This document shows positions 18,696-27,599 of a stretch of DNA of 64,000 nucleotides, in pieces. The DNA is from a virus (taxonomy: Duplodnaviria > Caudoviricetes): IMG/VR virus record IMGVR_UViG_3300020465_001196. One strand, given 5' to 3'. The notes under the pieces were generated by a model that had not been told where the DNA came from, did not search any database, and saw only the letters and a program-made list of their open reading frames with translations. Positions within the stretch are counted from its first letter, which is position 1. Every line of letters begins with the position of its first letter. The position numbers and the translations under genes are program-made.

Positions 18696-19799
18696 TTAAT
18701 TAACTCCTAGACCTGCTAGTTTTTTAAGTTCAACAATCTCACCAGATTCTGAACTTGTTTCAGAAGGTGTTTCTCTATTACCAGTTACCTCTGTTACTGA
18801 TTCAGTAACAATTGTTTTAGTTGATTCTGCTGGAGCAGATTCATTTAAAACTGCTGGTAAGTATTTGTTAAACTGCTTTTTTAAATCGCTTGTTTGTACA
18901 GATTCAAGCAATTCATTCATTACTCGACGTTTGTCTTTAGATAAAGATGACGTTAACTCAACTAGAGTTTTTTCACGTACATTTTTATCTTCAGCAATTC
19001 TTAATTTAGTTTGAACTGCTTCGATTTCTGCGTCTTTTTCTTTTAGTTTAGATTCTGCATCAGTAGTGTTCACTGTTACAGCTTCTAATTCTTTTTGAAG
19101 TTTTCTAACCTCTGTACCTTCGGCTAGATGAGAAGACATATACTCGCCTGCGAATGCCTCAAAAACTCTTCTACCAAAATTGTTCTCTTTTGCAACTTTG
19201 ATATCATCTTTAAGTTGTGATAATTCGCTAGTAAGTGATTTTTCAACTGCTTTCTCAACAACACCAGCCGCTTTAGTAACAAAACGTTGTTTAGCGTCAG
19301 AGATAAGTTTTTTACCTTCTGATACTAATTTAACTTTTTGTTCTACAACTGCTTTTTTGTCGTTTTCAAATTCAGTTAACTCTTTTGCTAATTGTTTAAC
19401 AACGAAGTTTTCCAATTTAGCAAAATTGCTTTGCAAATCTTTCTTATCTGCGTGTAGTTCTTTTACTTCTTTAGCTAATTGTTCAGCAACAAAAGTGTCT
19501 ACTAAACCTAAATGTTTATCAACATTAGTTTTGTAAGCAACTCTTTCTGCCGCCAATGCGTCTTTGTCAGCCTTAAATTCTTCCATTTCTGAAACAAGTC
19601 TGTCAGTTAGCATTTTGTCCATAGCTTCAACGATTTGGCCCTTGTCACTTTCGTAACGTTGAGCAAATTCATCGCGAAGTTCAGCTGTGATCTCTTCTCT
19701 GGCTTCGTCTAATTTCGATTTCCAAGTTTCTTGTATTTGATTTTTCAGTTCTTCCGAAATTCCATCTTGTTCAAGAATGCCTGTAAAAATATCTGCCAT
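18696..19799 (-). CDS. gp22: Prohead core scaffold protein
   Basis: Coiled-coil Glu/Lys-rich 367 aa protein between protease and capsid; ENNFGRRVFEAF motif. Confidence 0.85.
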   Translation of the reverse strand: MADIFTGILEQDGISEELKNQIQETWKSKLDEAREEITAELRDEFAQRYESDKGQIVEAMDKMLTDRLVSEMEEFKADKDALAAERVAYKTNVDKHLGLVDTFVAEQLAKEVKELHADKKDLQSNFAKLENFVVKQLAKELTEFENDKKAVVEQKVKLVSEGKKLISDAKQRFVTKAAGVVEKAVEKSLTSELSQLKDDIKVAKENNFGRRVFEAFAGEYMSSHLAEGTEVRKLQKELEAVTVNTTDAESKLKEKDAEIEAVQTKLRIAEDKNVREKTLVELTSSLSKDKRRVMNELLESVQTSDLKKQFNKYLPAVLNESAPAESTKTIVTESVTEVTGNRETPSETSSESGEIVELKKLAGLGVN

Positions 19800-19810
19800 G
19801 AGTAGTTCTC

Positions 19811-20440
19811 CTATAACTTCAGCTCTTTTATTAATTTCGTCATCTCTTCTTTAAGATAACGTTCAGCCCTACGATCATAAACTGAATCAGCACCAAGACC
19901 ATAAATTCGTCTGCCGCCTCTCATGTTCATAAGACCTTCGTATATTGCTTTCGGATAAGCATCCGGAGCCGATGGCTGAGCTACAATATCTACAGTAACG
20001 ATTTCAAAATCAGCAACTTGTCCTGATTCGTTTACGTTTCCTGTACCTCTTGAGCTTACACCTAATTTCGCTCCACTTTCCAAAAGTGTTTTAACAATGT
20101 TCCCCATTGGGGTTGGTAAAATTTTAAGTTTACCAATTCCATTCGGACCGTCCATCCACATACTTTCAATCATATGTGATACACGATCCAAATTTACTGT
20201 TAATTCTTCAGGATGATCGGCTTCACCAAGAACTGACAAACCACCTTTAAGTCTTTCATCAATTGAGTTTACTGCCTTTTGAATTTCATCTAAAGGATAA
20301 ACTCTTTGATTTTGGTTTTTCACTCCGCCTTGGATAAAAACACCTTTCATGTATAAGTTTTTCTTGTCACCTTCGCCTTCATTAATAATTTGAATGCCGG
20401 CTTGGTCAAAAGTTAAACTTTCTAGTAACGGTTTTACCAT
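19811..20440 (-). CDS. gp21: Prohead protease
   Basis: GVFIQG..KNQN.R.YP, LGEADHP, VSH.I, LGVSSRG.G, DIV.QPSAP.AYP. Confidence 0.95.
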   Translation of the reverse strand: MVKPLLESLTFDQAGIQIINEGEGDKKNLYMKGVFIQGGVKNQNQRVYPLDEIQKAVNSIDERLKGGLSVLGEADHPEELTVNLDRVSHMIESMWMDGPNGIGKLKILPTPMGNIVKTLLESGAKLGVSSRGTGNVNESGQVADFEIVTVDIVAQPSAPDAYPKAIYEGLMNMRGGRRIYGLGADSVYDRRAERYLKEEMTKLIKELKL

Positions 20441-20480
20441 ATTGACGATCTCCTAATCTCTTTTACTTCTAGTATTCAAC

Positions 20481-21407
20481 CTATGCACTTGCTTTTGGTT
20501 TTGGTGCAGGTGCTAATTTAGCCTTCTCCTGTTTTGGACTGTCTGGATTGTCCTTAACAGCAGGTGCTTTTGAACCTGATTCTTCGCCACCTTGAGCAAT
20601 GTTACCAGCGTCGCCGCCCATATCATTTTTTGATGCAACTGGTGATTTAGTACTATCTGAACCATCTGAATGGCTAACTGCCACTTTTGATAATTCAGTT
20701 GCTTCTTCTAAATCTTCTGCGTCTTTTGAATCTTCTTCAGAGGCTTCAGTAGCAATTTCGTCTGCAACTTCAACTGATTCTTCTGGTGCAATTGCAATTG
20801 GCATTTCTGCTTCTGCATCACCTTCTAAATCATCTGCCGCTTCTTCTGAATCGCCATCTTCGTCACTCATCATTTTTTCAAATTCTGCTTTAAGATCTTC
20901 TAAAGCATCTTCTAAGTCGTCAACTCTGTCTTCTACTTCTTCTTCTGAATCAGCTGGTGCTTCTGCATCGTCAGATGCTTCGTCATCACCTTCTTCATTA
21001 GTTTCTTCATGCTCAATTTCTTCAGCACTAGTATCAGCTTCGTCTTTAACTGTATTAATTAAATCTTCTTCAGAATCACCTGTACCAGCTACTGTTTCTT
21101 CAACTTCAGTTTCAGCATCAGCTTCTTTAGTTTCTTCAACAGCTTCTTCGTCTTTTGCTTCTGTTTCAGTAACTTCTTCGTCTTTTGCTTCTTCTTTAGT
21201 TTCTTCTACAGCTTCTTCTTTTGATTCATCTGTAGCTTCAGTAGTAAGATCTTCTTCAATCTCATCAGTCTGGTTGTCGATTAATTCTTCATGAATTTTT
21301 CTAGCTTTCTCAACAATTACATCATGTAAAAGCTCTTGAGCTTTATCAGATTCATTGTTTACTAGATATTCTAGAACTTGTTCTAGCTTTGATCTCGTTG
21401 TAGACAT
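20481..21407 (-). CDS. Highly acidic prohead core / internal scaffolding protein
   Basis: Very Asp/Glu-rich low-complexity protein in the gp67/gp68 position upstream of the protease. Confidence 0.65.
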   Translation of the reverse strand: MSTTRSKLEQVLEYLVNNESDKAQELLHDVIVEKARKIHEELIDNQTDEIEEDLTTEATDESKEEAVEETKEEAKDEEVTETEAKDEEAVEETKEADAETEVEETVAGTGDSEEDLINTVKDEADTSAEEIEHEETNEEGDDEASDDAEAPADSEEEVEDRVDDLEDALEDLKAEFEKMMSDEDGDSEEAADDLEGDAEAEMPIAIAPEESVEVADEIATEASEEDSKDAEDLEEATELSKVAVSHSDGSDSTKSPVASKNDMGGDAGNIAQGGEESGSKAPAVKDNPDSPKQEKAKLAPAPKPKASA

Positions 21408-21563
21408 ATCATATCTCCTAAATCTTATTCACGTGAATATATTTAGACACGTATTTCGTGTCGACTATAACTTATATTTAACATAATTATAGGAAAATAT
21501 AGAAAAAGGAGCCTATTTTGAGCCGTTTTTGAGTCCGTTTTTAATTAAAACGCACTTTTTGGC

Positions 21564-21764
21564 TTATTGTACTGGCTGTGCGTACATTGTGGCTACAAAT
21601 TCTTTGTTTTTTTCAATGTCAGCTTTACGCATTTCACGTACTTTACGCAATTTGTTTAAATGCTGTAAAGTTAATTTAGTTTTACGACTATCAGTAATTT
21701 CTGCTTGATGAAACTGATCATCTTCTGGAAAATAGGTTTCTTTAATAATTTCTTTGTAACGCAT
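21564..21764 (-). CDS. Small conserved head-region protein
   Basis: 66 aa, RKTKLTL.HLNKLRK.RE motif; own TAAATA core 5 nt upstream. Confidence 0.7.
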   Translation of the reverse strand: MRYKEIIKETYFPEDDQFHQAEITDSRKTKLTLQHLNKLRKVREMRKADIEKNKEFVATMYAQPVQ

Positions 21765-21766
21765 AA

Positions 21767-21877
21767 TAATATTTACCTTCTCTTACTACAGTCATCACAT
21801 CTGCAATTTTCACAGTTGCAATTTTCACATTTACATTTACAATTTTTGCAAGCCATATTAATATTTACCTTCTCTTA
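21767..21877. repeat. 19 bp direct repeat TAATATTTACCTTCTCTTA at 21767-21785 and 21859-21877 flanking the Cys-rich gene
   Basis: Exact match read directly from the sequence. Confidence 0.9.
21773..21856 (-). CDS. Metallothionein-like peptide (MACKNCKCKCENCNCENCRCDDCSKRR, 27 aa, 9 Cys)
   Basis: Hand translation, absent from the ORF track; CxC/CxxC pattern, no aromatic or His residues; TAAATA core 5 nt upstream and AAGG SD-like element; fills the intergenic gap. Confidence 0.7.
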   Translation of the reverse strand: MACKNCKCKCENCNCENCRCDDCSKRR

Positions 21878-22251
21878 AGACTTTTTCTTGCTCTACCACG
21901 TAATTTCTTTAATGACGTATTCATTTTTTTAGTACGTATAGAAGCTGGACTATACTTTTTAGTATATGACGATTTAGCACCTTGTATACTACCTTTAGCT
22001 CTACGTGTACCTTTCATTCTGTTACTTTGCTGTACATTTAATGGTGCATTACACGTTTCTGGTTTAGCAACAATACGTCCTTTACGTGGGCCTGATGGAC
22101 AACGAAACTTTCTAGTTAGTTTTCCTTTTTTAGATCCTGATCCAAATTTACCTGGTGATCTTCCAAATATCTGAAATGCTCCAGTTGGCTTTGCTTCACT
22201 AACTGATTCAAAACAATATAGTTCTGTATTGCTAATTTCGTAAATCTTCAT
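21865..22251 (-). CDS. Very basic small protein, possibly internal head / DNA-binding
   Basis: Lys/Arg-rich; RKFRC.SGPRKGRIVA.P..C.AP motif; between portal and core genes. Confidence 0.65.
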   Translation of the reverse strand: MKIYEISNTELYCFESVSEAKPTGAFQIFGRSPGKFGSGSKKGKLTRKFRCPSGPRKGRIVAKPETCNAPLNVQQSNRMKGTRRAKGSIQGAKSSYTKKYSPASIRTKKMNTSLKKLRGRARKSLKRR

Positions 22252-22299
22252 AATAGTATACCTTCATTATTATTTATAATAATAATGTGTGTGTTAATA

Positions 22300-24021
22300 T
22301 TATGCTTGATCTGTTGGATTTGGTTCACCGCCACCTATTGGTGGAGTTTCTCCAGTTGCCTCTGGTGCATCTACGTCTGCATCTGCGGCTGGTTCTGTCA
22401 TTGGCATTGGTGCCGCACCCACATCACTTAAACCACCTAAGCCACCACCCATATCATCACCTTGTGCTGTTGGTCCTGCCGTTTGAGCATTTTCTTCTGC
22501 CCATAGTTTTTCGTTTTGATAAATTTCTGATTCATCAAGACCAAGATAACGTTTCATTGCAAAACGTTTAGACATAAATGGAATACCTTGTAATTGTGTA
22601 AAGATACTTGTTTGTTGATTATCAATTTCAATCTGTCTGTATTTGCCAAAGTTTTGTGGCTCATTAAATTGTAACTCAAACGATCCTGAATCAATTTCAA
22701 TACCTCTATGTTTTAAGAACATTTTAAATTCTCTATCAATAGTTGGTTGTATCATTGATTGTAAACGTTTGATATATTTTGTAAATCTAAATTCTTGTAT
22801 ATATGCTGTACCTACTCTACCATCAGTAAATGCTGAACCTGGATCTTCTGGTGTTGATGGCAAATAACTTGATGGAATTCTTAAACCTTTCATCAATTTA
22901 TTATTAAAGTATTTTAAATCATCAATTTCACCTAAGTTTTGACCACCTGGTAATGTTTCAACTTTTGATCCTCTACCTTCAGCCGTTTGTGCAAAGAAAT
23001 AATCTTCAATCATTGATAATGGATTATAAGCGGCATCCATTACATTTGCACCGCCACCTGTTTTATTTGGAATACGTTTTTGGTGTATTTCGTTTTTAAC
23101 TCTTTCAATAAATGCCATTGCTTTATTTGTTGGCATATTACCTACGTCAATATAAAATACTCTACGTTCAGGTGCTCTTTGTACTCTGTAAATAATAATT
23201 GCGTCTTCTAATAATTCTTTTTGTTTGTATACTTTAAATATACTTTCTAATACTGATGTACCAAAAGGCCAAAATCTATCCATGCCTTCTGATAATGAAA
23301 TGTGTGCAATATGCGAAGCATCAACTGGTGTTGTTTTTACTTCTTGTGTAAACCTACCACCTGTTGCTGTACTAATTGCTGTTGTTACTCCTTGGTATTT
23401 TGCATCTGTGGCAAAAGGCATACTACCACCTTGGAAAGCAATTGGTGCCGACATTTTATATTGACTCATTGTTGTTAAGTTTAAATTTTGTAAATTTAAA
23501 TCTAAATCTCTAATAAAGTATGCTTCTGGTTTTTTACCTTTACCTTCGTTAACAATAATTTTATCAATTTTACTTTGATCAACCCAAAGTAACTTATATG
23601 TTTCTGGATCTCTTACAAATACTTGATCTCCATACTTAATAGTATTTCTAAATAATTTAAAACATCTTTTGTCCCAATCATTTACATTTGACCATTGTTT
23701 AATTGCTTGGTTTAAAATTTCTGTTTCTGTATCTGTTGGTTTATCTTTATAAAATATTTTAAATGGAGCACCTGTTTTTGGATCTACTTGAGTAGCAAAT
23801 TCTGAAATAGTATCTAATGAAGCATTAATTTCAGTATCTAAATCCATTTGATCATATTGATAATAACGTTCAATACGATTTGGCTGTCCTGCATATACTT
23901 CTGGTAACCATGTGCTATATTTTGAATTCGTAGAACTTCCGCCTGGTGTTCCAGCATTACCAATTACTGACTGTTGCCCTAATTTTGTGCTATATTCTGT
24001 AAAGTGTTTTTTCCAACTCAT
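22300..24021 (-). CDS. gp20: Portal protein
   Basis: LLEDAIIIYRVQRAPERRVFYIDVGNMP..KA, EDYFF.Q..EGRGSKVETLPGG.NLGEI.D..YF..KL...L..P.S. Confidence 0.97.
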   Translation of the reverse strand: MSWKKHFTEYSTKLGQQSVIGNAGTPGGSSTNSKYSTWLPEVYAGQPNRIERYYQYDQMDLDTEINASLDTISEFATQVDPKTGAPFKIFYKDKPTDTETEILNQAIKQWSNVNDWDKRCFKLFRNTIKYGDQVFVRDPETYKLLWVDQSKIDKIIVNEGKGKKPEAYFIRDLDLNLQNLNLTTMSQYKMSAPIAFQGGSMPFATDAKYQGVTTAISTATGGRFTQEVKTTPVDASHIAHISLSEGMDRFWPFGTSVLESIFKVYKQKELLEDAIIIYRVQRAPERRVFYIDVGNMPTNKAMAFIERVKNEIHQKRIPNKTGGGANVMDAAYNPLSMIEDYFFAQTAEGRGSKVETLPGGQNLGEIDDLKYFNNKLMKGLRIPSSYLPSTPEDPGSAFTDGRVGTAYIQEFRFTKYIKRLQSMIQPTIDREFKMFLKHRGIEIDSGSFELQFNEPQNFGKYRQIEIDNQQTSIFTQLQGIPFMSKRFAMKRYLGLDESEIYQNEKLWAEENAQTAGPTAQGDDMGGGLGGLSDVGAAPMPMTEPAADADVDAPEATGETPPIGGGEPNPTDQA

Positions 24022-24092
24022 TGTTTGTACGTACCTTTATAAGAGTATTTATTAAAATTATATAGTATTTTAATAAAATAAGCAACCATTAA

Positions 24093-26441
24093 TTAACTAA
24101 CTATTTTCTCAGTATTGGCCTTATTAGAATTAATTGACTTCTGTAATAGTGAATTTGCGTTTTGTAATTCCATAATCATACGTTCATAATAGTTTTTAGT
24201 TGGATCTTGGTTTGGATCACCTTGGCCTGTCATTGGCAAATATTGACGCATAATTCTCATTTTAGCGTCAGCTATTTTTCCACCGTCCATATTATTTGTA
24301 AGTGTTGCACCATTATTATCAGGAACTGCATTTGCCATATCTGATCCTGATGCTACTGTTGTTCCTGCTAATTCAGAAACTTTATTGGTATTAAACGTAG
24401 CAATATTTTTATTCATTTCTAATAACTGTTTATAAACAATTGCTTCCATATCAGTACCTTTTACTTTTTGAAGTACTGCTTTAATTACGTCTTCTGTAAC
24501 AGTTTCTCCTGATGAAAACGAACCTCCCATGAATGTTTTACCAAGATCATCAAAGTCTCCTGTGATTGATTTTAATTTAGAAATATCATCGGTTGTCATT
24601 CCTTGAGTTAAAGTAGCCATTACTGATCTATCAGCTCCACCTTTAAGAAGAGAACCAAACCCTTGCGATTTCATAAAGTCATTGCTTATTCCAACGTCAC
24701 CAATCTTATTAGGATCATATTTTCCTTCTTTGATCATTTTTTGAATAATATATTGTGACTTAACTGCTTCTGTTCTATTGGCTTCAGCTTCTTTCATATC
24801 TGAATTGCCAGGTAATCCAAGTTTTAAGCCTTTTGTAATTGCACCTACAATCATATCAGACATTAATCCAAAGACACCACTTAATGCTCTGGCAATAGAA
24901 GCACCAAATCCTATTCCTTCAAATCCTTCAATCCATCTTAATAATCTTGCAACCATGTTACCAACTGCATCACCTATTTTTCCTGCATTCTGTAAAATGA
25001 AATCTGAGAAACGAAGTACTGCACTTGTTGCCTTAATCATAATATTTTCAAATAAGTCTAAAACTTTATTATTACCAAACAGGCTAACAAAAAACTTATC
25101 AAAAACAAGTTTAATTTTTTGTGTTGCAATTTCTAAATTTGTAAATGCTCTTGTTGTATCATCTGGTTTTTGAGCATCTCTCATTTTTTCCATATTTTTA
25201 ATTGCGGCAATTTGCTCATCTTCTAATTGTTGTGCTTGGTTAATTAAACCAATCATACGTCTTGCACCATCGGCATATTGAGTATTAGAACGTTCTAGTA
25301 TCATTAAACGTTCACGTTCTTGATCTGTTGTATTTGCTAATATGTCTAGCATATTACTAAATTTAGCACCTGCTTCATTTGGACCAACTGTATTAGTTAA
25401 ATCACTCATTGCATGATACAATGGTTGACTTACTGCTAATAGTTCTCTACCTACTTCTGTGAAGTATAATCCACCTCGTCCAACTGCTGTTGTAAATGCA
25501 CTTGCTAATTGGTTACCATAATCATTTCCTAATGCCGCAAATCCACCTGTAACAATTTGTGCTGTTTGTAACATTTGCTCACGTAATTGTTCTGGTGCTT
25601 GATTTAATGCATTTGTAAATGCGGCTACTGTAATAGATGATTTAATTATTTGTGATATTTGTTCTCTTGAAACATTTAGTAAAGTAGATAGTGCAGAAAT
25701 ATTTTTTAAATATGTTTCTGTATTTGATGCTAGTGCTTGTCTATCTGATTCTTCTAATATACCTAATAATCTTCTTTGATCTAAATAGTCAGCTGTATAC
25801 TCAGTTAGTTCCCCTAGGTTCATACCAAGTAGTCCAACTTCTTTTAAGTTATCCCTCATTGCAACATTTAAATCTGAAAATGCTCTTGTTCCAAGTACCC
25901 CAACTGTTGTAGAATATCTACCTAATATTTCAGTATACTGGTCCAAACTCATTTCAGCTCTAACTGCCGCTTTGGCTAAACCTATTGAGCCTTGATCAAA
26001 TCTGAAACCTGTAGCAAACAATACTCTAAACTGATCACTAAATGCTTTGAATCTTCCAACTATGCCACCAATAACAAATCCAAATGCACCTAATGCCGCT
26101 CCCGCTATACCTAGTTTTCCTGCAAACTTTTGTATTCCAGTATTAAATGCTTTGAATGGTGTTTTAGGTATTAGTTTATCTGCTGAAAATTTGTTAAATG
26201 CTTCTGTTTGTTTACCAGCGGCTTGCCTCATTGATTTAAAGCCTTTTTCTAGTATTGTTGTAGTATCTTTATTCTGTTTGTCTTCTTTTTTGGCATTTTT
26301 CTTATCATTCTCTTTTGTTTCTTTATTAATTTTTTCAATTGCACCCAGTTTTTCTGCTATGGCTTTTTGAGTTTCCTCAGTAGCCCATTTTGGTAGGTCT
26401 GAACCCCATTGAATTTGATTAATTATTACGTTATCTGCCAT
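24093..26441 (-). CDS. Tape measure protein (putative)
   Basis: 782 aa, Ala/Gly-rich helical protein with hydrophobic stretches; N-terminal P.WATEET motif; next to gp26. Confidence 0.72.
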   Translation of the reverse strand: MADNVIINQIQWGSDLPKWATEETQKAIAEKLGAIEKINKETKENDKKNAKKEDKQNKDTTTILEKGFKSMRQAAGKQTEAFNKFSADKLIPKTPFKAFNTGIQKFAGKLGIAGAALGAFGFVIGGIVGRFKAFSDQFRVLFATGFRFDQGSIGLAKAAVRAEMSLDQYTEILGRYSTTVGVLGTRAFSDLNVAMRDNLKEVGLLGMNLGELTEYTADYLDQRRLLGILEESDRQALASNTETYLKNISALSTLLNVSREQISQIIKSSITVAAFTNALNQAPEQLREQMLQTAQIVTGGFAALGNDYGNQLASAFTTAVGRGGLYFTEVGRELLAVSQPLYHAMSDLTNTVGPNEAGAKFSNMLDILANTTDQERERLMILERSNTQYADGARRMIGLINQAQQLEDEQIAAIKNMEKMRDAQKPDDTTRAFTNLEIATQKIKLVFDKFFVSLFGNNKVLDLFENIMIKATSAVLRFSDFILQNAGKIGDAVGNMVARLLRWIEGFEGIGFGASIARALSGVFGLMSDMIVGAITKGLKLGLPGNSDMKEAEANRTEAVKSQYIIQKMIKEGKYDPNKIGDVGISNDFMKSQGFGSLLKGGADRSVMATLTQGMTTDDISKLKSITGDFDDLGKTFMGGSFSSGETVTEDVIKAVLQKVKGTDMEAIVYKQLLEMNKNIATFNTNKVSELAGTTVASGSDMANAVPDNNGATLTNNMDGGKIADAKMRIMRQYLPMTGQGDPNQDPTKNYYERMIMELQNANSLLQKSINSNKANTEKIVS

Positions 26442-26535
26442 TTCATTAAAACCCTATATAAATACTTCAATAAATACTATTATTATAAATATTTATCGTA
26501 ATAGAAAACTACGTATATAATAGGAAACAAAAAAA

Positions 26536-27384
26536 ATGACAACTGAAAGTAAATTATCAAAATATTATAGAGCCCCGAAGCTATATGTTAAAATACCAAG
26601 TCAAGGTGCTTTTAATACTGATATGGAACAGTCAATGAGTGGTGAATTAGCTATAATGGCTATGACTGGACGTGATGAAGTTCTAACTAAAAATCCAGAT
26701 GCACTATTAAATGGTGAAGCTGTGGTTTCAATTATTAAAAGTTGTGTCCCAGGAATTAAAGATCCTTCTTTACTTCCAATTACAGATACCGATACTCTTT
26801 TAATAGCAATTAGAATTGCTTCAAGCGGAGATGAACACGAAATCAGTGCCAAATGTCCAAAATGTAAAACAGATAATAGAGTTACAGTTAATATGCGTAA
26901 TATATTATCATCAGCTAAACTATTAGAATCAACTTATAGTGTTAGATTAGATACAGGTATTACTGTGTTTATTAGACCATACACGTATGCTATGCAAACA
27001 GAAGCGGCATTGGCGGCATTTGACGAAACTAAAACTTTACAGAATTTAGCAAAAGAAGGTTCAGATGTTTCTGCTTCAGCTATGTCTGTATATAATAAAA
27101 GTTTTAACAAAATGGCTGATATGAGTGTACAACTTCTTGCAAGAAGTATTATAAAAATTGTTACTCCAGATGGTGATCAAGAAAGTGATCCAAATGAAAT
27201 TTTAACATTCTTACAAAACATTGATTCAAAAGCGGCAAAACAAATTGATGAAAAATTATCTGAGATTAATGCTTTGAACGTTGAGAAAAAAGTTGAATTA
27301 GAATGTCAAAATGAATCTTGCAAAAATAACTGGGTTACAGAACTAGATATCAATCCAACGGATTTTTTCGTCGGTGGCTCTTAA
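26536..27384 (+). CDS. gp26: Baseplate hub / tail assembly chaperone, gp26-like
   Basis: Y.RAPKLYVKIPS.G, MT..DE....N.DALLNG, D.D.LLIAIR.AS.G, two CxxC-like Zn motifs. Confidence 0.85.
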   Translation: MTTESKLSKYYRAPKLYVKIPSQGAFNTDMEQSMSGELAIMAMTGRDEVLTKNPDALLNGEAVVSIIKSCVPGIKDPSLLPITDTDTLLIAIRIASSGDEHEISAKCPKCKTDNRVTVNMRNILSSAKLLESTYSVRLDTGITVFIRPYTYAMQTEAALAAFDETKTLQNLAKEGSDVSASAMSVYNKSFNKMADMSVQLLARSIIKIVTPDGDQESDPNEILTFLQNIDSKAAKQIDEKLSEINALNVEKKVELECQNESCKNNWVTELDINPTDFFVGGS

Positions 27385-27599
27385 AGGCCGAGCCACAGGA
27401 AATAAACGCCTACTTTGAAGGACTAGTAAAAGAGACAACTGCTATACAAAAACAAATTACAGAAATTTGTTGGTATATGCGTGGATCGATTACATGGGAA
27501 CAAGCATGGGAGCTTTCTGATGTAGATCGTAATGACATTATTAAATATGTCGGCGAAAACGCAGAACGTTTTAAAAAGTCTGGACAGGTAGTTGTTTAA
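27360..27599 (+). CDS. gp51-like second chaperone domain in the -1 frame, with no start codon of its own (probable frameshift extension of gp26)
   Basis: Hand translation GFFRRWLLKAEPQEINAYFEGLVKETTAIQKQITEICWYMRGSITWEQAWELSDVDRNDIIKYVGENAERFKKSGQVVV*; frame open from 27330 with the first ATG only about 40 codons in. Confidence 0.7.
   Translation, partial: GFFRRWLLKAEPQEINAYFEGLVKETTAIQKQITEICWYMRGSITWEQAWELSDVDRNDIIKYVGENAERFKKSGQVVV

Noticed and set aside
20599-21294. 231 aa Ser-rich ORF on the + strand
   Set aside because: Antisense shadow of the Glu/Asp/Ala-rich core protein (GAA/GAT codons read as Ser on the other strand); no SD or promoter.
21786-21846. TGCAATTTTCACA tandem duplication as a regulatory repeat
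   Set aside because: It is explained as the coding sequence of the repeated CENC unit of the Cys-rich peptide on the minus strand.
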